From contig OZ024742.1 in NCBI GenBank assembly GCA_964016885.1, positions 196,726,001 to 196,790,000 of the forward strand: 64,000 nucleotides of DNA, given 5' to 3'. Made by a program: the position numbers and the translations under genes. The stretch comes from Eledone cirrhosa (Eukaryota). Positions within the stretch are counted from its first letter, which is position 1, and every line of letters starts with the position of its first letter. The notes under the pieces are model-generated. The model ran no database searches. It was not told the DNA's origin and saw nothing but the letters and a program-made list of their open reading frames with translations. This document shows, in pieces, positions 34,995 through 48,852 of this stretch.

Positions 34995-37900
34995 AGGATA
35001 GCTGTATAGCCCTATTTCTGTTCTAAGATAGCTATATAGCCCTATTTCTGTGTTCTACGATAGCTGTATAGCCCTATTTCTGTGTTCTAAGATAGCTGTA
35101 TAGCCCTATTTCTGTTCTAAGGTAGCTATATAGCCCTATTTCTGTGTTCTAAGATAGCTGTATAGCCCTATTTCTGTTCTAAGGTAGCTATATAGCCCTA
35201 TTTCTGTGTTCTAAGATAGCTATATAGCTCTATTTCTGTTCTAAGATAGCTGTATAGCCCTATTTCTGTTCTAAGATAGCTATATAGCCCTATTTCTGTT
35301 CTAAGGTAGCTGTATAGCCCTATTTCTGTTCTAAGATAGCTGTATAGCCCTATTTCTGTTCTAAGATAGCTGTATAGCCCTATTTCTGTTCTAAGATAGC
35401 TGTATAGCCCTATTTCTGTTCTAAGATAGCTATATAGCCCTATTTCTGTTCTAAGATAGCTATATAGCCCTATTTCTGTTCTAAGATAGCTGTATAGCCC
35501 TATTTCTGTTCTAAGATAGCTGTATAGCCCTATTTCTGTTCTAAGATAGCTGTATAGCCCTATTTCTGTTCTAAGATAGCTGTATAGCCCTATTTCTGTT
35601 CTAAGATAGCTGTATAGCCCTATTTCTGTGTTCTAAGATAGCTGTATAGCCCTATTTCTGTTCTACGATAGCTGTATAGCCCTATTTCTGTTCTAAGATA
35701 GCTGTATAGCCCTATTTCTGTTCTAAGATAGCTATATAGCCCTATTTCTGTTCTAAGATAGCTATATAGCCCTATTTCTGTTCTAAGATAGCTATATAGC
35801 CCTATTTCTGTTCTAAGATAGCTGTATAGCCCTATTTCTGTTCTAAGATAGCTATATAGCCCTATTTCTGTTCTAAGATAGCTATATAGCCCTATTTCTG
35901 TTCTAAGATAGCTGTATAGCCCTATTTCTGTTCTAAGATAGCTATATAGCCCTATTTCTGTTCTAAGATAGCTATATAGTCCTATTTCTGTTCTAAGATA
36001 GCTGTATAGCCCTATTTCTGTTCTAAGATAGCTGTATAGCCCTATTTCTGTGTTCTAAGATAGCTGTATAGCCCTATTTCTGTTCTAAGATAGCTGTATA
36101 GCCCTATTTCTGTGTTCTACGATAGCTGTATAGCCCTATTTCTGTGTTCTAAGATAGCTGTATAGCCCTATTTCTGTTCTAAGATAGCTGTATAGCCCTA
36201 TTTCTGTTCTAAGATAGCTGTATAGCCCTATTTCTGTTCTAAGATAGCTGTATAGCCCTATTTCTGTTCTAAGATAGCTATATAGCCCTATTTCTGTTCT
36301 AAGATAGCTGTATAGCCCTATTTCTGTGTTCTAAGATAGCTGTATAGCCCTATTTCTGTTCTACGATAGCTGTATAGCCCTATTTCTGTTCTAAGATAGC
36401 TGTATAGCCCTATTTCTGTTCTAAGATAGCTGTATAGCCCTATTTCTGTGTTCTAAGATAGCTGTATAGCCCTATTTCTGTGTTCTAAGATAGCTGTATA
36501 GCCCTATTTCTGTTCTAAGATAGCTGTATAGCCCTATTTCTGTTCTAAGATAGCTGTATAGCCCTATTTCTGTTCTAAGATAGCTATATAGCCCTATTTC
36601 TGTTCTAAGATAGCTGTATAGCCCTATTTCTGTTCTAAGATGGCTGTATAGCCCTATTTCTGTTCTAAGATAGCTGTATAGCCCTATTTCTGTGTTCTAC
36701 GATAGCTGTATAGCCCTATTTCTGTTCTAAGATGGCTGTATAGCCCTATTTCTGTTCTAAGATAGCTGTATAGCCTTATTTCTGTTCTAAGATAGCTGTA
36801 TAGCCATATTTCTGTTCTAAGATAGCTGTATAGCCCTATTTCTGTTCTAAGATAGCTGTATAGCCCTATTTCTGTTCTAAGATAGCTGTATAGCCCTATT
36901 TCTGTTCTAAGGTAGCTATATAGCCCTATTTCTGTTCTAAGATAGCTATATAGTCCTATTTCTGTTCTAAGATAGCTATATAGCCTTATTTCTGTTCTAA
37001 GATAGCTGTATAGCCATATTTCTGTTCTAAGATAGCTGTATAGCCCTATTTCTGTTCTAAGATAGCTATATAGTCCTATTTCTGTTCTAAGATAGCTATA
37101 TAGCCTTATTTCTGTTCTAAGATAGCTGTATAGCCATATTTCTGTTCTAAGATAGCTATATAGCCCTATTTCTGTTCTAAGATAGCTGTATAGCCCTATT
37201 TCTGTTCTAAGATAGCTGTATAGCCCTATTTCTGTTCTAAGGTAGCTATATAGCCCTATTTCTGTTCTAAGATAGCTATATAGTCCTATTTCTGTTCTAA
37301 GATAGCTGTATAGCCCTATTTCTGTTCTAAGGTAGCTGTATAGCCCTATTTCTGTTCTAAGATGGCTGTATAGCCCTATTTCTGTTCTAAGATAGCTGTA
37401 TAGCCCTATTTCTGTTCTAAGATAGCTATATAGTCCTATTTCTGTTCTAAGGTAGCTGTATAGCCCTATTTCTGTTCTAAGATAGCTGTATAGCCCTATT
37501 TCTGTTCTAAGATAGCTGTATAGCCCTATTCCTGTTCTAAGGTAGCTAGCTGTATAGCCCTATTTCTGTGTTCTACGATAGCTGTATAGCCCTATTTCTG
37601 TTCTAAGATAGCTATATAGCCCTATTTCTGTTCTAAGATAGCTGTATAGCCCTATTTCTGTTCTAAGATAGCTATATAGCCCTTTTTCTCTTCTAAGATA
37701 GCTGTATAGCCCTATTTCTGTTCTAAGATAGCTGTATAGTCCTATTTCTGTGTTCTAAGATAGCTGTATAGCCCTATTTCTGTTCTAAGGTAGCTATATA
37801 GTCCTATTTCTGTTCTAAGATATCTGTATAGCCCTATTTCTGTTCTAAGGTAGCTGTATAGCCCTATTTCTGTTCTAAGGTAGCTGTATAGTCCTATTTC

Positions 37901-40900
37901 TGTTCTAAGATAGCTGTATAGCCCTATTTCTGTTCTAAGATGGCTATATAGCCCTATTTCTGTTCTAAGATAGCTATATAGCCATATTTCTGTTCTAAGA
38001 TAGCTGTATAGTCCTATTTCTGTTCTAAGGTAGCTGTATAGCCCTATTTCTGTTCTAAGATAGCTGTATAGCCCTATTTCTGTTCTAAGATAGCTGTATA
38101 GCCCTACTTCTGTTCTAAGATAGCTGTATAGTCCTATTTCTGTTCTAAGATAGCTATATAGCCCTATTTCTGTTCTAAGATAGCTATATAGCCCTATTTC
38201 TGTTCTAAGATAGCTGTATAGCCCTACTTCTGTTCTAAGATAGCTGTATAGTCCTATTTCTGTTCTAAGATAGCTATATAGTCCTATTTCTGTTCTAAGA
38301 TAGCTGTATAGCCCTATTTCTGTTCTAAGATAGCTGTATAGCCCTATTTCTGTTCTAAGATAGCTGTATAGTCCTATTTCTGTTCTAAGATAGCTATATA
38401 GTCCTATTTCTGTTCTAAGATAGCTGTATAGTCCTATTTCTGTTCTAAGATAGCTATATAGTCCTATTTCTGTTCTAAGATAGCTGTATAGCCCTATTTC
38501 TGTTCTAAGATAGCTGTATAGCCCTATTTCTGTTCTAAGGTAGCTGTATAGCCCTATTTCTGTTCTAAGATAGCTGTATAGTCCTATTTCTGTTCTAAGA
38601 TAGCTATATAGCCCTATTTCTGTTCTAAGATAGCTGTATAGCCCTATTTCTGTTCTAAGATAGCCGTATAGTCCTATTTCTGTTCTAAGATAGCTATATA
38701 GTCCTATTTCTGTTCTACGATAGCTATATAGCCCTATTTCTGTTCTAAGATAGCTATATAGCCCTATTTCTGTGTTCTACGATAGCTATATAGCCCTATT
38801 TCTGTTCTAAGATAGCTGTATAGCCCTATTTCTGTTCTAAGATAGCTGTATAGCCCTATTTCTGTGTTCTAAGATAGCTGTATAGCCCTATTTCTGTTCT
38901 ACGATAGCTGTATAGCCCTATTTCTGTTCTAAGATAGCTATATAGCCCTATTTCTGTTCTAAGATAGCTGTATAGCCCTATTTCTGTTCTAAGATAGCTG
39001 TATAGCCCTATTTCTGTGTTCTAAGATAGCTGTATAGCCCTATTTCTGTTCTAAGATAGCTGTATAGCCCTATTTCTGTTCTAAGATAGCTGTATAGCCC
39101 TATTTCTGTTCTAAGATAGCTGTATAGCCCTATTTCTGTTCTAAGATAGCTATATAGCCATATTTCTGTTCTAAGATAGCTGTATAGCCCTATTTCTGTT
39201 CTAAGATAGCTGTATAGCCCTATTTCTGTTCTAAGATAGCTGTATAGCCCTATTTCTGTTCTAAGATAGCTGTATAGCCCTATTTCTGTTCTAAGATAGC
39301 TGTATAGCCCTATTTCTGTTCTAAGATAGCTGTATAGCCCTATTTCTGTTCTAAGATAGCTATATAGCCCTATTTCTGTTCTAAGGTAGCTGTATAGCCC
39401 TATTTCTGTTCTAAGATAGCTATATAGCCCTATTTCTGTGTTCTACGATAGCTATATAGCCCTATTTCTGTTCTAAGATAGCTGTATAGCCCTATTTCTG
39501 TTCTAAGATAGCTGTATAGCCCTATTTCTGTTCTAAGATAGCTATATAGCCCTATTTCTGTTCTAAGGTAGCTGTATAGTCCTATTTCTGTTCTAAGATA
39601 GCTGTATAGCCCTATTTCTGTTCTAAGATAGCTGTATAGCCCTATTTCTGTTCTAAGATAGCTATATAGCCCTATTTCTGTGTTCTACGATAGCTATATA
39701 GCCCTATTTCTGTTCTAAGATAGCTATATAGCCCTATTTCTGTTCTAAGATAGCTATATAGCCCTATTTCTGTTCTAAGATAGCTGTATAGCCCTATTTC
39801 TGTTCTAAGATGGCTGTATAGCCCTATTTCTGTTCTAAGATAGCTGTATAGCCCTATTTCTGTTCTAAGATAGCTGTATAGCCCTATTTCTGTTCTAAGA
39901 TAGCTGTATAGCCCTATTTCTGTTCTAAGATAGCTGTATAGCCCTATTTCTGTTCTAAGATAGCTATATAGCCCTATTTCTGTTCTAAGGTAGCTGTATA
40001 GCCCTATTTCTGTTCTAAGATAGCTGTATAGCCCTATTTCTGTTCTAAGATAGCTATATAGCCCTATTTCTGTTCTAAGATAGCTATATAGCCCTATTTC
40101 TGTTCTAAGATAGCTATATAGCCCTATTTCTGTTCTAAGATAGCTGTATAGCCCTATTTCTGTTCTAAGATAGCTGTATAGCCCTATTTCTGTTCTAAGA
40201 TAGCTGTATAGCCCTATTTCTGTTCTAAGATAGCTGTATAGCCCTATTTCTGTTCTAAGATAGCTGTATAGCCCTATTTCTGTTCTAAGATAGCTGTATA
40301 GCCCTATTTCTGTTCTAAGATAGCTATATAGCCCTATTTCAGTTCTAAGATAGCTGTATAGCCCTATTTCTGTTCTAAGATAGCTGTATAGCCCTATTTC
40401 TGTTCTAAGATAGCTATATAGCCCTATTTCTGTTCTAAGATAGCTGTATAGCCCTATTTCTGTGTTCTAAGATAGCTGTATAGCCCTATTTCTGTTCTAC
40501 GATAGCTGTATAGCCCTATTTCTGTTCTAAGATAGCCGTATAGTCCTATTTCTGTTCTAAGATAGCTATATAGTCCTATTTCTGTTCTACGATAGCTATA
40601 TAGCCCTATTTCTGTTCTAAGATAGCTATATAGCCCTATTTCTGTGTTCTACGATAGCTATATAGCCCTATTTCTGTTCTAAGATAGCTGTATAGCCCTA
40701 TTTCTGTTCTAAGATAGCTGTATAGCCCTATTTCTGTGTTCTAAGATAGCTGTATAGCCCTATTTCTGTTCTACGATAGCTGTATAGCCCTATTTCTGTT
40801 CTAAGATAGCTATATAGCCCTATTTCTGTTCTAAGATAGCTGTATAGCCCTATTTCTGTTCTAAGATAGCTGTATAGCCCTATTTCTGTGTTCTAAGATA

Positions 40901-43900
40901 GCTGTATAGCCCTATTTCTGTTCTAAGATAGCTGTATAGCCCTATTTCTGTTCTAAGATAGCTGTATAGCCCTATTTCTGTTCTAAGATAGCTGTATAGC
41001 CCTATTTCTGTTCTAAGATAGCTATATAGCCATATTTCTGTTCTAAGATAGCTGTATAGCCCTATTTCTGTTCTAAGATAGCTGTATAGCCCTATTTCTG
41101 TTCTAAGATAGCTGTATGGCCCTATTTCTGTTCTAAGATAGCTGTATAGCCCTATTTCTGTTCTAAGATAGCTGTATAGCCCTATTTCTGTTCTAAGATA
41201 GCTGTATAGCCCTATTTCTGTTCTAAGATAGCTATATAGCCCTATTTCTGTTCTAAGGTAGCTGTATAGCCCTATTTCTGTTCTAAGATAGCTATATAGC
41301 CCTATTTCTGTGTTCTACGATAGCTATATAGCCCTATTTCTGTTCTAAGATAGCTGTATAGCCCTATTTCTGTTCTAAGATAGCTGTATAGCCCTATTTC
41401 TGTTCTAAGATAGCTATATAGCCCTATTTCTGTTCTAAGGTAGCTGTATAGTCCTATTTCTGTTCTAAGATAGCTGTATAGCCCTATTTCTGTTCTAAGA
41501 TAGCTGTATAGCCCTATTTCTGTTCTAAGATAGCTATATAGCCCTATTTCTGTGTTCTACGATAGCTATATAGCCCTATTTCTGTTCTAAGATAGCTATA
41601 TAGCCCTATTTCTGTTCTAAGATAGCTATATAGCCCTATTTCTGTTCTAAGATAGCTGTATAGCCCTATTTCTGTTCTAAGATGGCTGTATAGCCCTATT
41701 TCTGTTCTAAGATAGCTGTATAGCCCTATTTCTGTTCTAAGATAGCTGTATAGCCCTATTTCTGTTCTAAGATAGCTGTATAGCCCTATTTCTGTTCTAA
41801 GATAGCTGTATAGCCCTATTTCTGTTCTAAGATAGCTATATAGCCCTATTTCTGTTCTAAGGTAGCTGTATAGCCCTATTTCTGTTCTAAGATAGCTGTA
41901 TAGCCCTATTTCTGTTCTAAGATAGCTATATAGCCCTATTTCTGTTCTAAGATAGCTATATAGCCCTATTTCTGTTCTAAGATAGCTATATAGCCCTATT
42001 TCTGTTCTAAGATAGCTGTATAGCCCTATTTCTGTTCTAAGATAGCTGTATAGCCCTATTTCTGTTCTAAGATAGCTGTATAGCCCTATTTCTGTTCTAA
42101 GATAGCTGTATAGCCCTATTTCTGTTCTAAGATAGCTGTATAGCCCTATTTCTGTTCTAAGATAGCTGTATAGCCCTATTTCTGTTCTAAGATAGCTATA
42201 TAGCCCTATTTCAGTTCTAAGATAGCTGTATAGCCCTATTTCTGTTCTAAGATAGCTGTATAGCCCTATTTCTGTTCTAAGATAGCTATATAGCCCTATT
42301 TCTGTTCTAAGATAGCTGTATAGCCCTATTTCTGTGTTCTAAGATAGCTGTATAGCCCTATTTCTGTTCTACGATAGCTGTATAGCCCTATTTCTGTTCT
42401 AAGATAGCTGTATAGCCCTATTTCTGTTCTAAGATAGCTATATAGCCCTATTTCTGTTCTAAGATAGCTATATAGCCCTATTTCTGTTCTAAGATAGCTA
42501 TATAGCCCTATTTCTGTTCTAAGATAGCTGTATAGCCCTATTTCTGTTCTAAGATAGCTATATAGCCCTATTTCTGTTCTAAGATAGCTATATAGCCCTA
42601 TTTCTGTTCTAAGATAGCTGTATAGCCCTATTTCTGTTCTAAGATAGCTATATAGCCCTATTTCTGTTCTAAGATAGCTATATAGTCCTATTTCTGTTCT
42701 AAGATAGCTGTATAGCCCTATTTCTGTTCTAAGATAGCTGTATAGCCCTATTTCTGTGTTCTAAGATAGCTGTATAGCCCTATTTCTGTTCTAAGATAGC
42801 TGTATAGCCCTATTTCTGTGTTCTACGATAGCTGTATAGCCCTATTTCTGTGTTCTAAGATAGCTGTATAGCCCTATTTCTGTTCTAAGATAGCTGTATA
42901 GCCCTATTTCTGTTCTAAGATAGCTGTATAGCCCTATTTCTGTTCTAAGATAGCTGTATAGCCCTATTTCTGTTCTAAGATAGCTATATAGCCCTATTTC
43001 TGTTCTAAGATAGCTGTATAGCCCTATTTCTGTGTTCTAAGATAGCTGTATAGCCCTATTTCTGTTCTACGATAGCTGTATAGCCCTATTTCTGTTCTAA
43101 GATAGCTGTATAGCCCTATTTCTGTTCTAAGATAGCTGTATAGCCCTATTTCTGTGTTCTAAGATAGCTGTATAGCCCTATTTCTGTGTTCTAAGATAGC
43201 TGTATAGCCCTATTTCTGTTCTAAGATAGCTGTATAGCCCTATTTCTGTTCTAAGATAGCTGTATAGCCCTATTTCTGTTCTAAGATAGCTATATAGCCC
43301 TATTTCTGTTCTAAGATAGCTGTATAGCCCTATTTCTGTTCTAAGATGGCTGTATAGCCCTATTTCTGTTCTAAGATAGCTGTATAGCCCTATTTCTGTG
43401 TTCTACGATAGCTGTATAGCCCTATTTCTGTTCTAAGATGGCTGTATAGCCCTATTTCTGTTCTAAGATAGCTGTATAGCCTTATTTCTGTTCTAAGATA
43501 GCTGTATAGCCATATTTCTGTTCTAAGATAGCTGTATAGCCCTATTTCTGTTCTAAGATAGCTGTATAGCCCTATTTCTGTTCTAAGATAGCTGTATAGC
43601 CCTATTTCTGTTCTAAGGTAGCTATATAGCCCTATTTCTGTTCTAAGATAGCTATATAGTCCTATTTCTGTTCTAAGATAGCTATATAGCCTTATTTCTG
43701 TTCTAAGATAGCTGTATAGCCCTATTTCTGTTCTAAGATAGCTGTATAGCCCTATTTCTGTTCTAAGATAGCTGTATAGCCCTATTTCTGTTCTAAGATA
43801 GCTATATAGCCTTATTTCTGTTCTAAGATAGCTGTATAGCCATATTTCTGTTCTAAGATAGCTGTATAGCCCTATTTCTGTTCTAAGGTAGCTGTATAGC

Positions 43901-46900
43901 CCTATTTCTGTTCTAAGATGGCTGTATAGCCCTATTTCTGTTCTAAGATAGCTGTATAGCCCTATTTCTGTTCTAAGATAGCTATATAGTCCTATTTCTG
44001 TTCTAAGGTAGCTGTATAGCCCTATTTCTGTTCTAAGATAGCTGTATAGCCCTATTTCTGTTCTAAGATAGCTGTATAGCCCTATTTCTGTTCTAAGATA
44101 GCTGTATAGCCCTATTCCTGTTCTAAGGTAGCTGTATAGCCCTATTTCTGTGTTCTACGATAGCTATATAGCCCTATTTCTGTTCTAAGATGGCTGTATA
44201 GCCCTATTTCTGTTCTAAGATAGCTGTATAGCCCTATTTCTGTTCTAAGATAGCTATATAGCCCTATTTCTGTTCTAAGATAGCTGTATAGCCCTATTTC
44301 TGTTCTAAGATAGCTATATAGCCCTTTTTCTGTTCTAAGATAGCTGTATAGCCCTATTTCTGTTCTAAGATAGCTATATAGCCCTTTTTCTGTTCTAAGA
44401 TAGCTATATAGCCCTATTTCTGTTCTAAGATAGCTGTATAGCCCTATTTCTGTTCTAAGATAGCTATATAGCCCTTTTTCTGTTCTAAGATAGCTGTATA
44501 GCCCTATTTCTGTTCTAAGATAGCTGTATAGTCCTATTTCTGTGTTCTAAGATAGCTGTATAGCCCTATTTCTGTTCTAAGGTAGCTATATAGTCCTATT
44601 TCTGTTCTAAGATAGCTGTATAGCCCTATTTCTGTTCTAAGGTAGCTGTATAGCCCTATTTCTGTTCTAAGGTAGCTGTATAGCCATATTTCTGTTCTAA
44701 GATAGCTGTATAGTCCTATTTCTGTTCTAAGGTAGCTGTATAGCCCTATTTCTGTTCTAAGATAGCTGTATAGCCCTATTTCTGTTCTAAGATAGCTGTA
44801 TAGCCCTACTTCTGTTCTAAGATAGCTGTATAGTCCTATTTCTGTTCTAATATAGCTATATAGCCCTATTTCTGTTCTAAGATAGCTATATAGCCCTATT
44901 TCTGTTCTAAGATAGCTGTATAGCCCTACTTCTGTTCTAAGATAGCTGTATAGTCCTATTTCTGTTCTAAGATAGCTATATAGTCCTATTTCTGTTCTAA
45001 GATAGCTGTATAGCCCTATTTCTGTTCTAAGATAGCTGTATAGCCCTATTTCTGTTCTAAGATAGCTGTATAGTCCTATTTCTGTTCTAAGATAGCTATA
45101 TAGTCCTATTTCTGTTCTAAGATAGCTGTATAGTCCTATTTCTGTTCTAAGATAGCTATATAGTCCTATTTCTGTTCTAAGATAGCTGTATAGCCCTATT
45201 TCTGTTCTAAGATAGCTGTATAGCCCTATTTCTGTTCTAAGGTAGCTGTATAGCCCTATTTCTGTTCTAAGATAGCTGTATAGTCCTATTTCTGTTCTAA
45301 GATAGCTATATAGCCCTATTTCTGTTCTAAGATAGCTGTATAGCCCTATTTCTGTTCTAAGATAGCCGTATAGTCCTATTTCTGTTCTAAGATAGCTATA
45401 TAGTCCTATTTCTGTTCTACGATAGCTGTATAGCCCTATTTCTGTTCTAAGGTAGCTATATAGCCCTATTTCTGTTCTAAGATAGCTGTATAGCCCTATT
45501 TCTGTTCTAAGATAGCTGTATAGCCCTATTTCTGTTCTAAGATAGCTGTATAGTCCTATTTCTGTTCTAAGATAGCTATATAGTCCTATTTCTGTTCTAA
45601 GATAGCTATATAGCCCTGTTTCTGTTCTAAGATAGCTGTATAGCCCTATTTCTGTTCTAAGATAGCTGTATAGCCATATTTCTGTTCTAAGATAGCTGTA
45701 TAGCCATATTTCTGTTCTACGATAGCTGTATAGCCCTATTTCTGTTCTAAGATAGCTATATAGTCCTATTTCTGTTCTAAGATAGCTATATAGTCCTATT
45801 TCTGTTCTAAGGTAGCTATATAGTCCTATTTCTGTTCTAAGATGGCTATATAGCCCTATTTCTGTTCTAAGATAGCTGTATAGCCCTATTTCTGTTCTAA
45901 GATAGCTGTATAGCCCTATTTCTGTTCTAAGATAGCTATATAGCCCTATTTCTGTTCTAAGATAGCTGTATAGCCATATTTCTGTTCTAAGGTAGCTGTA
46001 TAGCCCTATTTCTGTTCTAAGATAGCTATATAGCCCTATTTCTGTTCTAAGATAGCTATATAGCCCTATTTCTGTTCTAAGGTAGCTGTATAGCCCTATT
46101 TCTGTTCTAAGATAGCTGTATAGTCCTATTTCTGTTCTAAGATAGCTGTATAGCCCTATTTCTGTTCTAAGATAGCTGTATAGCCCTATTTCTGTTCTAA
46201 GATAGCTGTATAGCCATATTTCTGTTCTAAGATAGCTGTATAGCCCTATTTCTGTTCTAAGATAGCTGTATAGCCCTATTTCTGTTCTAAGATAGCTGTA
46301 TAGCCATATTTCTGTTCTAAGATAGCTGTATAGTCCTATTTCTGTTCTAAGATAGCTATATAGCCATATTTCTGTTCTAAGGTAGCTATATAGCCCTATT
46401 TCTGTTCTAAGATAGCTGTATAGCCCTATTTCTGTTCTAAGATAGTTGTATAGCCCTATTTCTGTTCTAAGATAGCTGTATAGCCCTATTTCTGTTCTAA
46501 GATAGCTGTATAGTCCTATTTCTGTTCTAAGATAGCTGTATAGCCCTATTTCTGTTCTAAGATAGCTGTATAGCCCTATTTCTGTTCTAAGATAGCTGTA
46601 TAGTCCTATTTCTGTTCTAAGATAGCTGTATAGCCATATTTCTGTTCTACGATAGCTATATAGCCCTATTTCTGTTCTAAGATAGCTGTATAGCCCTATT
46701 TCTGTTCTAAGATAGCTGTATAGCGCTATTTCTGTTCTAAGATAGCTGTATAGCCATATTTCTGTTCTAAGATAGCTGTATAGTCCTATTTCTGTTCTAA
46801 GATAGCTGTATAGCCATATTTCTGTTCTAAGATGGCTGTATAGTCCTATTTCTGTTCTAAGATAGCTGTATAGCCCTATTTCTGTTCTAAGATAGCTGTA

Positions 46901-48480
46901 TAGCCCTATTTCTGTTCTAAGATAGCTGTATAGCCCTATTTCTGTTCTAAGATAGCTGTATAGCCCTATTTCTGTTCAAAGGTAGCTGTATAGCCCTATT
47001 TCTGTTCTAAGATAGCTGTATAGCCCTATTTCTGTTCTAAGGTAGCTGTATAGCCCTATTTCTGTTCTAAGGTAGCTGTATAGCCCTATTTCTGTTCTAA
47101 GATAGCTGTATAGCCCTATTTCTGTTCTAAGATAGCTATATAGTCCTATTTCTGTTCTAAGATAGCTATATAGCCATATTTCTGTTCTAAGATAGCTGTA
47201 TAGCCCTATTTCTGTTCTAAGATAGCTGTATAGCCCTATTTCTGTTCTAAGATAGCTGTATAGCCCTATTTCTGTTCTAAGATAGCTATATAGCCCTATT
47301 TCTGTTCTAAGATAGCTATATAGTCCTATTTCTGTTCTAAGATAGCTGTATAGCCCTATTTCTGTTCTAAGATAGCTGTATAGCCCTATTTCTGTTCTAA
47401 GATAGCTATATAGTCCTATTTCTGTTCTAAGGTAGCTATATAGCCCTATTTCTGTTCTAAGATAGCTATATAGTCCTATTTCTGTTCTAAGGTAGCTATA
47501 TAGCCCTATTTCTGTTCTAAGATAGCTATATAGCCCTATTTCTGTTCTAAGGTAGCTATATAGCCCTATTTCTGTTCTAAGATAGCTATATAGTCCTATT
47601 TCTGTTCTAAGGTAGCTGTATAGCCCTATTTCTGTTCTAAGATAGCTGTATAGCCCTATTTCTGTTCTAAGATAGCTGTATAGCCCTATTTCTGTTCTAA
47701 GATAGCTGTATAGCCCTATTTCTGTTCTAAGATAGCTGTATAGCCCTATTTCTGTTCTAAGATAGCTATATAGCCCTATTTCTGTTCTAAGATAGCTGTA
47801 TAGCCCTATTTCTGTTCTAAGATAGCTGTATAGCCCTATTTCTGTTCTAAGATAGCTGTATAGCCCTATTTCTGTTCTAAGATAGCTATATAGTCCTATT
47901 TCTGTTCTAAGATAGCTGTATAGTCCTATTTCTGTTCTAAGATGGCTGTATAGTCCTATTTCTGTTCTAAGATAGCTGTATAGTCCTATTTCTGTTCTAA
48001 GATGGCTATATAGTCCTATTTCTGTTCTAAGATGGCTGTATAGCCCTATTTCTGTTCTATGATAGCTGTATAGTCCTATTTCTGTTCTAAGATAGCTGTA
48101 TAGCCCTATTTCTGTTCTAAGATAGCTAGATAGCCCTATTTCTGTTCTAAGATAGCTGTATAGCCCTATTTCTGTTCTAAGATAGCTGTATAGTCCTATT
48201 CCTGTTCTAAGATAGCTATATAGCCCTATTTCTGTTCTAAGATAGCTGTATAGTCCTATTCCTGTTCTAAGATAGCTATATAGTCCTATTCCTGTTCTAA
48301 GATAGCTGTATAGCCCTATTTCTGTTCTAAGATAGCTATATAGCCCTATTTCTGTGTTCTAAGATAGCTGTACAGCCCTATTTCTGTGTTCTAAGATAGC
48401 TGTACAGCCCTATTTCTGTGTTCTAAGATAACTGTATAGCCCTATTTCTGTGTTCTAAGATAGCTGTACAGCCCTATTTT
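34995..48480. repeat. 30-bp satellite array, ~13.5 kb, ~450 copies, in MRPL13 intron 4
   Basis: Unit tagct(g/a)tatagccctatttctgttctaaga, with 32-bp (+tg) and point variants. Confidence 0.99.
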
Positions 48481-48537
48481 TGACCTAAGTGTTCCCAATG
48501 GTTCTATGATACAAAACTGTTTATCTTAATGTGTTTA

Positions 48538-48852
48538 TCTATATAATACTAAAACTCTGTGACTGCTTGCTCGTCTGTAATGTAATACAGCGAAAAGAGC
48601 ACGTAATGGTGTTGTGTATATATTTATATATATATATCATCATTCATCATCATCATCATTTCATTTTACATCCGCTTTTTACCTGCTTGCAAGGCTGGGA
48701 CGGGAACTGATCCTGGCTTGATTTCTACAGCTGGATGCCCTTCCTAACACCAACCTCATTTACAGTGAGTGCTGAGTGCTTTTTTGCCGTGGCACCTCCA
48801 CGACCACTTTGCAGTGGAATGATATAGATCCAATGGGTCACGGGTGGTCTAG
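48538..48852 (+). mobile_element. Non-autonomous Helitron carrying a SINE B segment
   Basis: a|TCTATATAATACTAAAACTCTGTG ... gatccaatgggtc acgggtggtCTAG|t; inserted between A and T with no TSD; minus-strand SINE B sequence at about 48640-48830. Confidence 0.85.
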
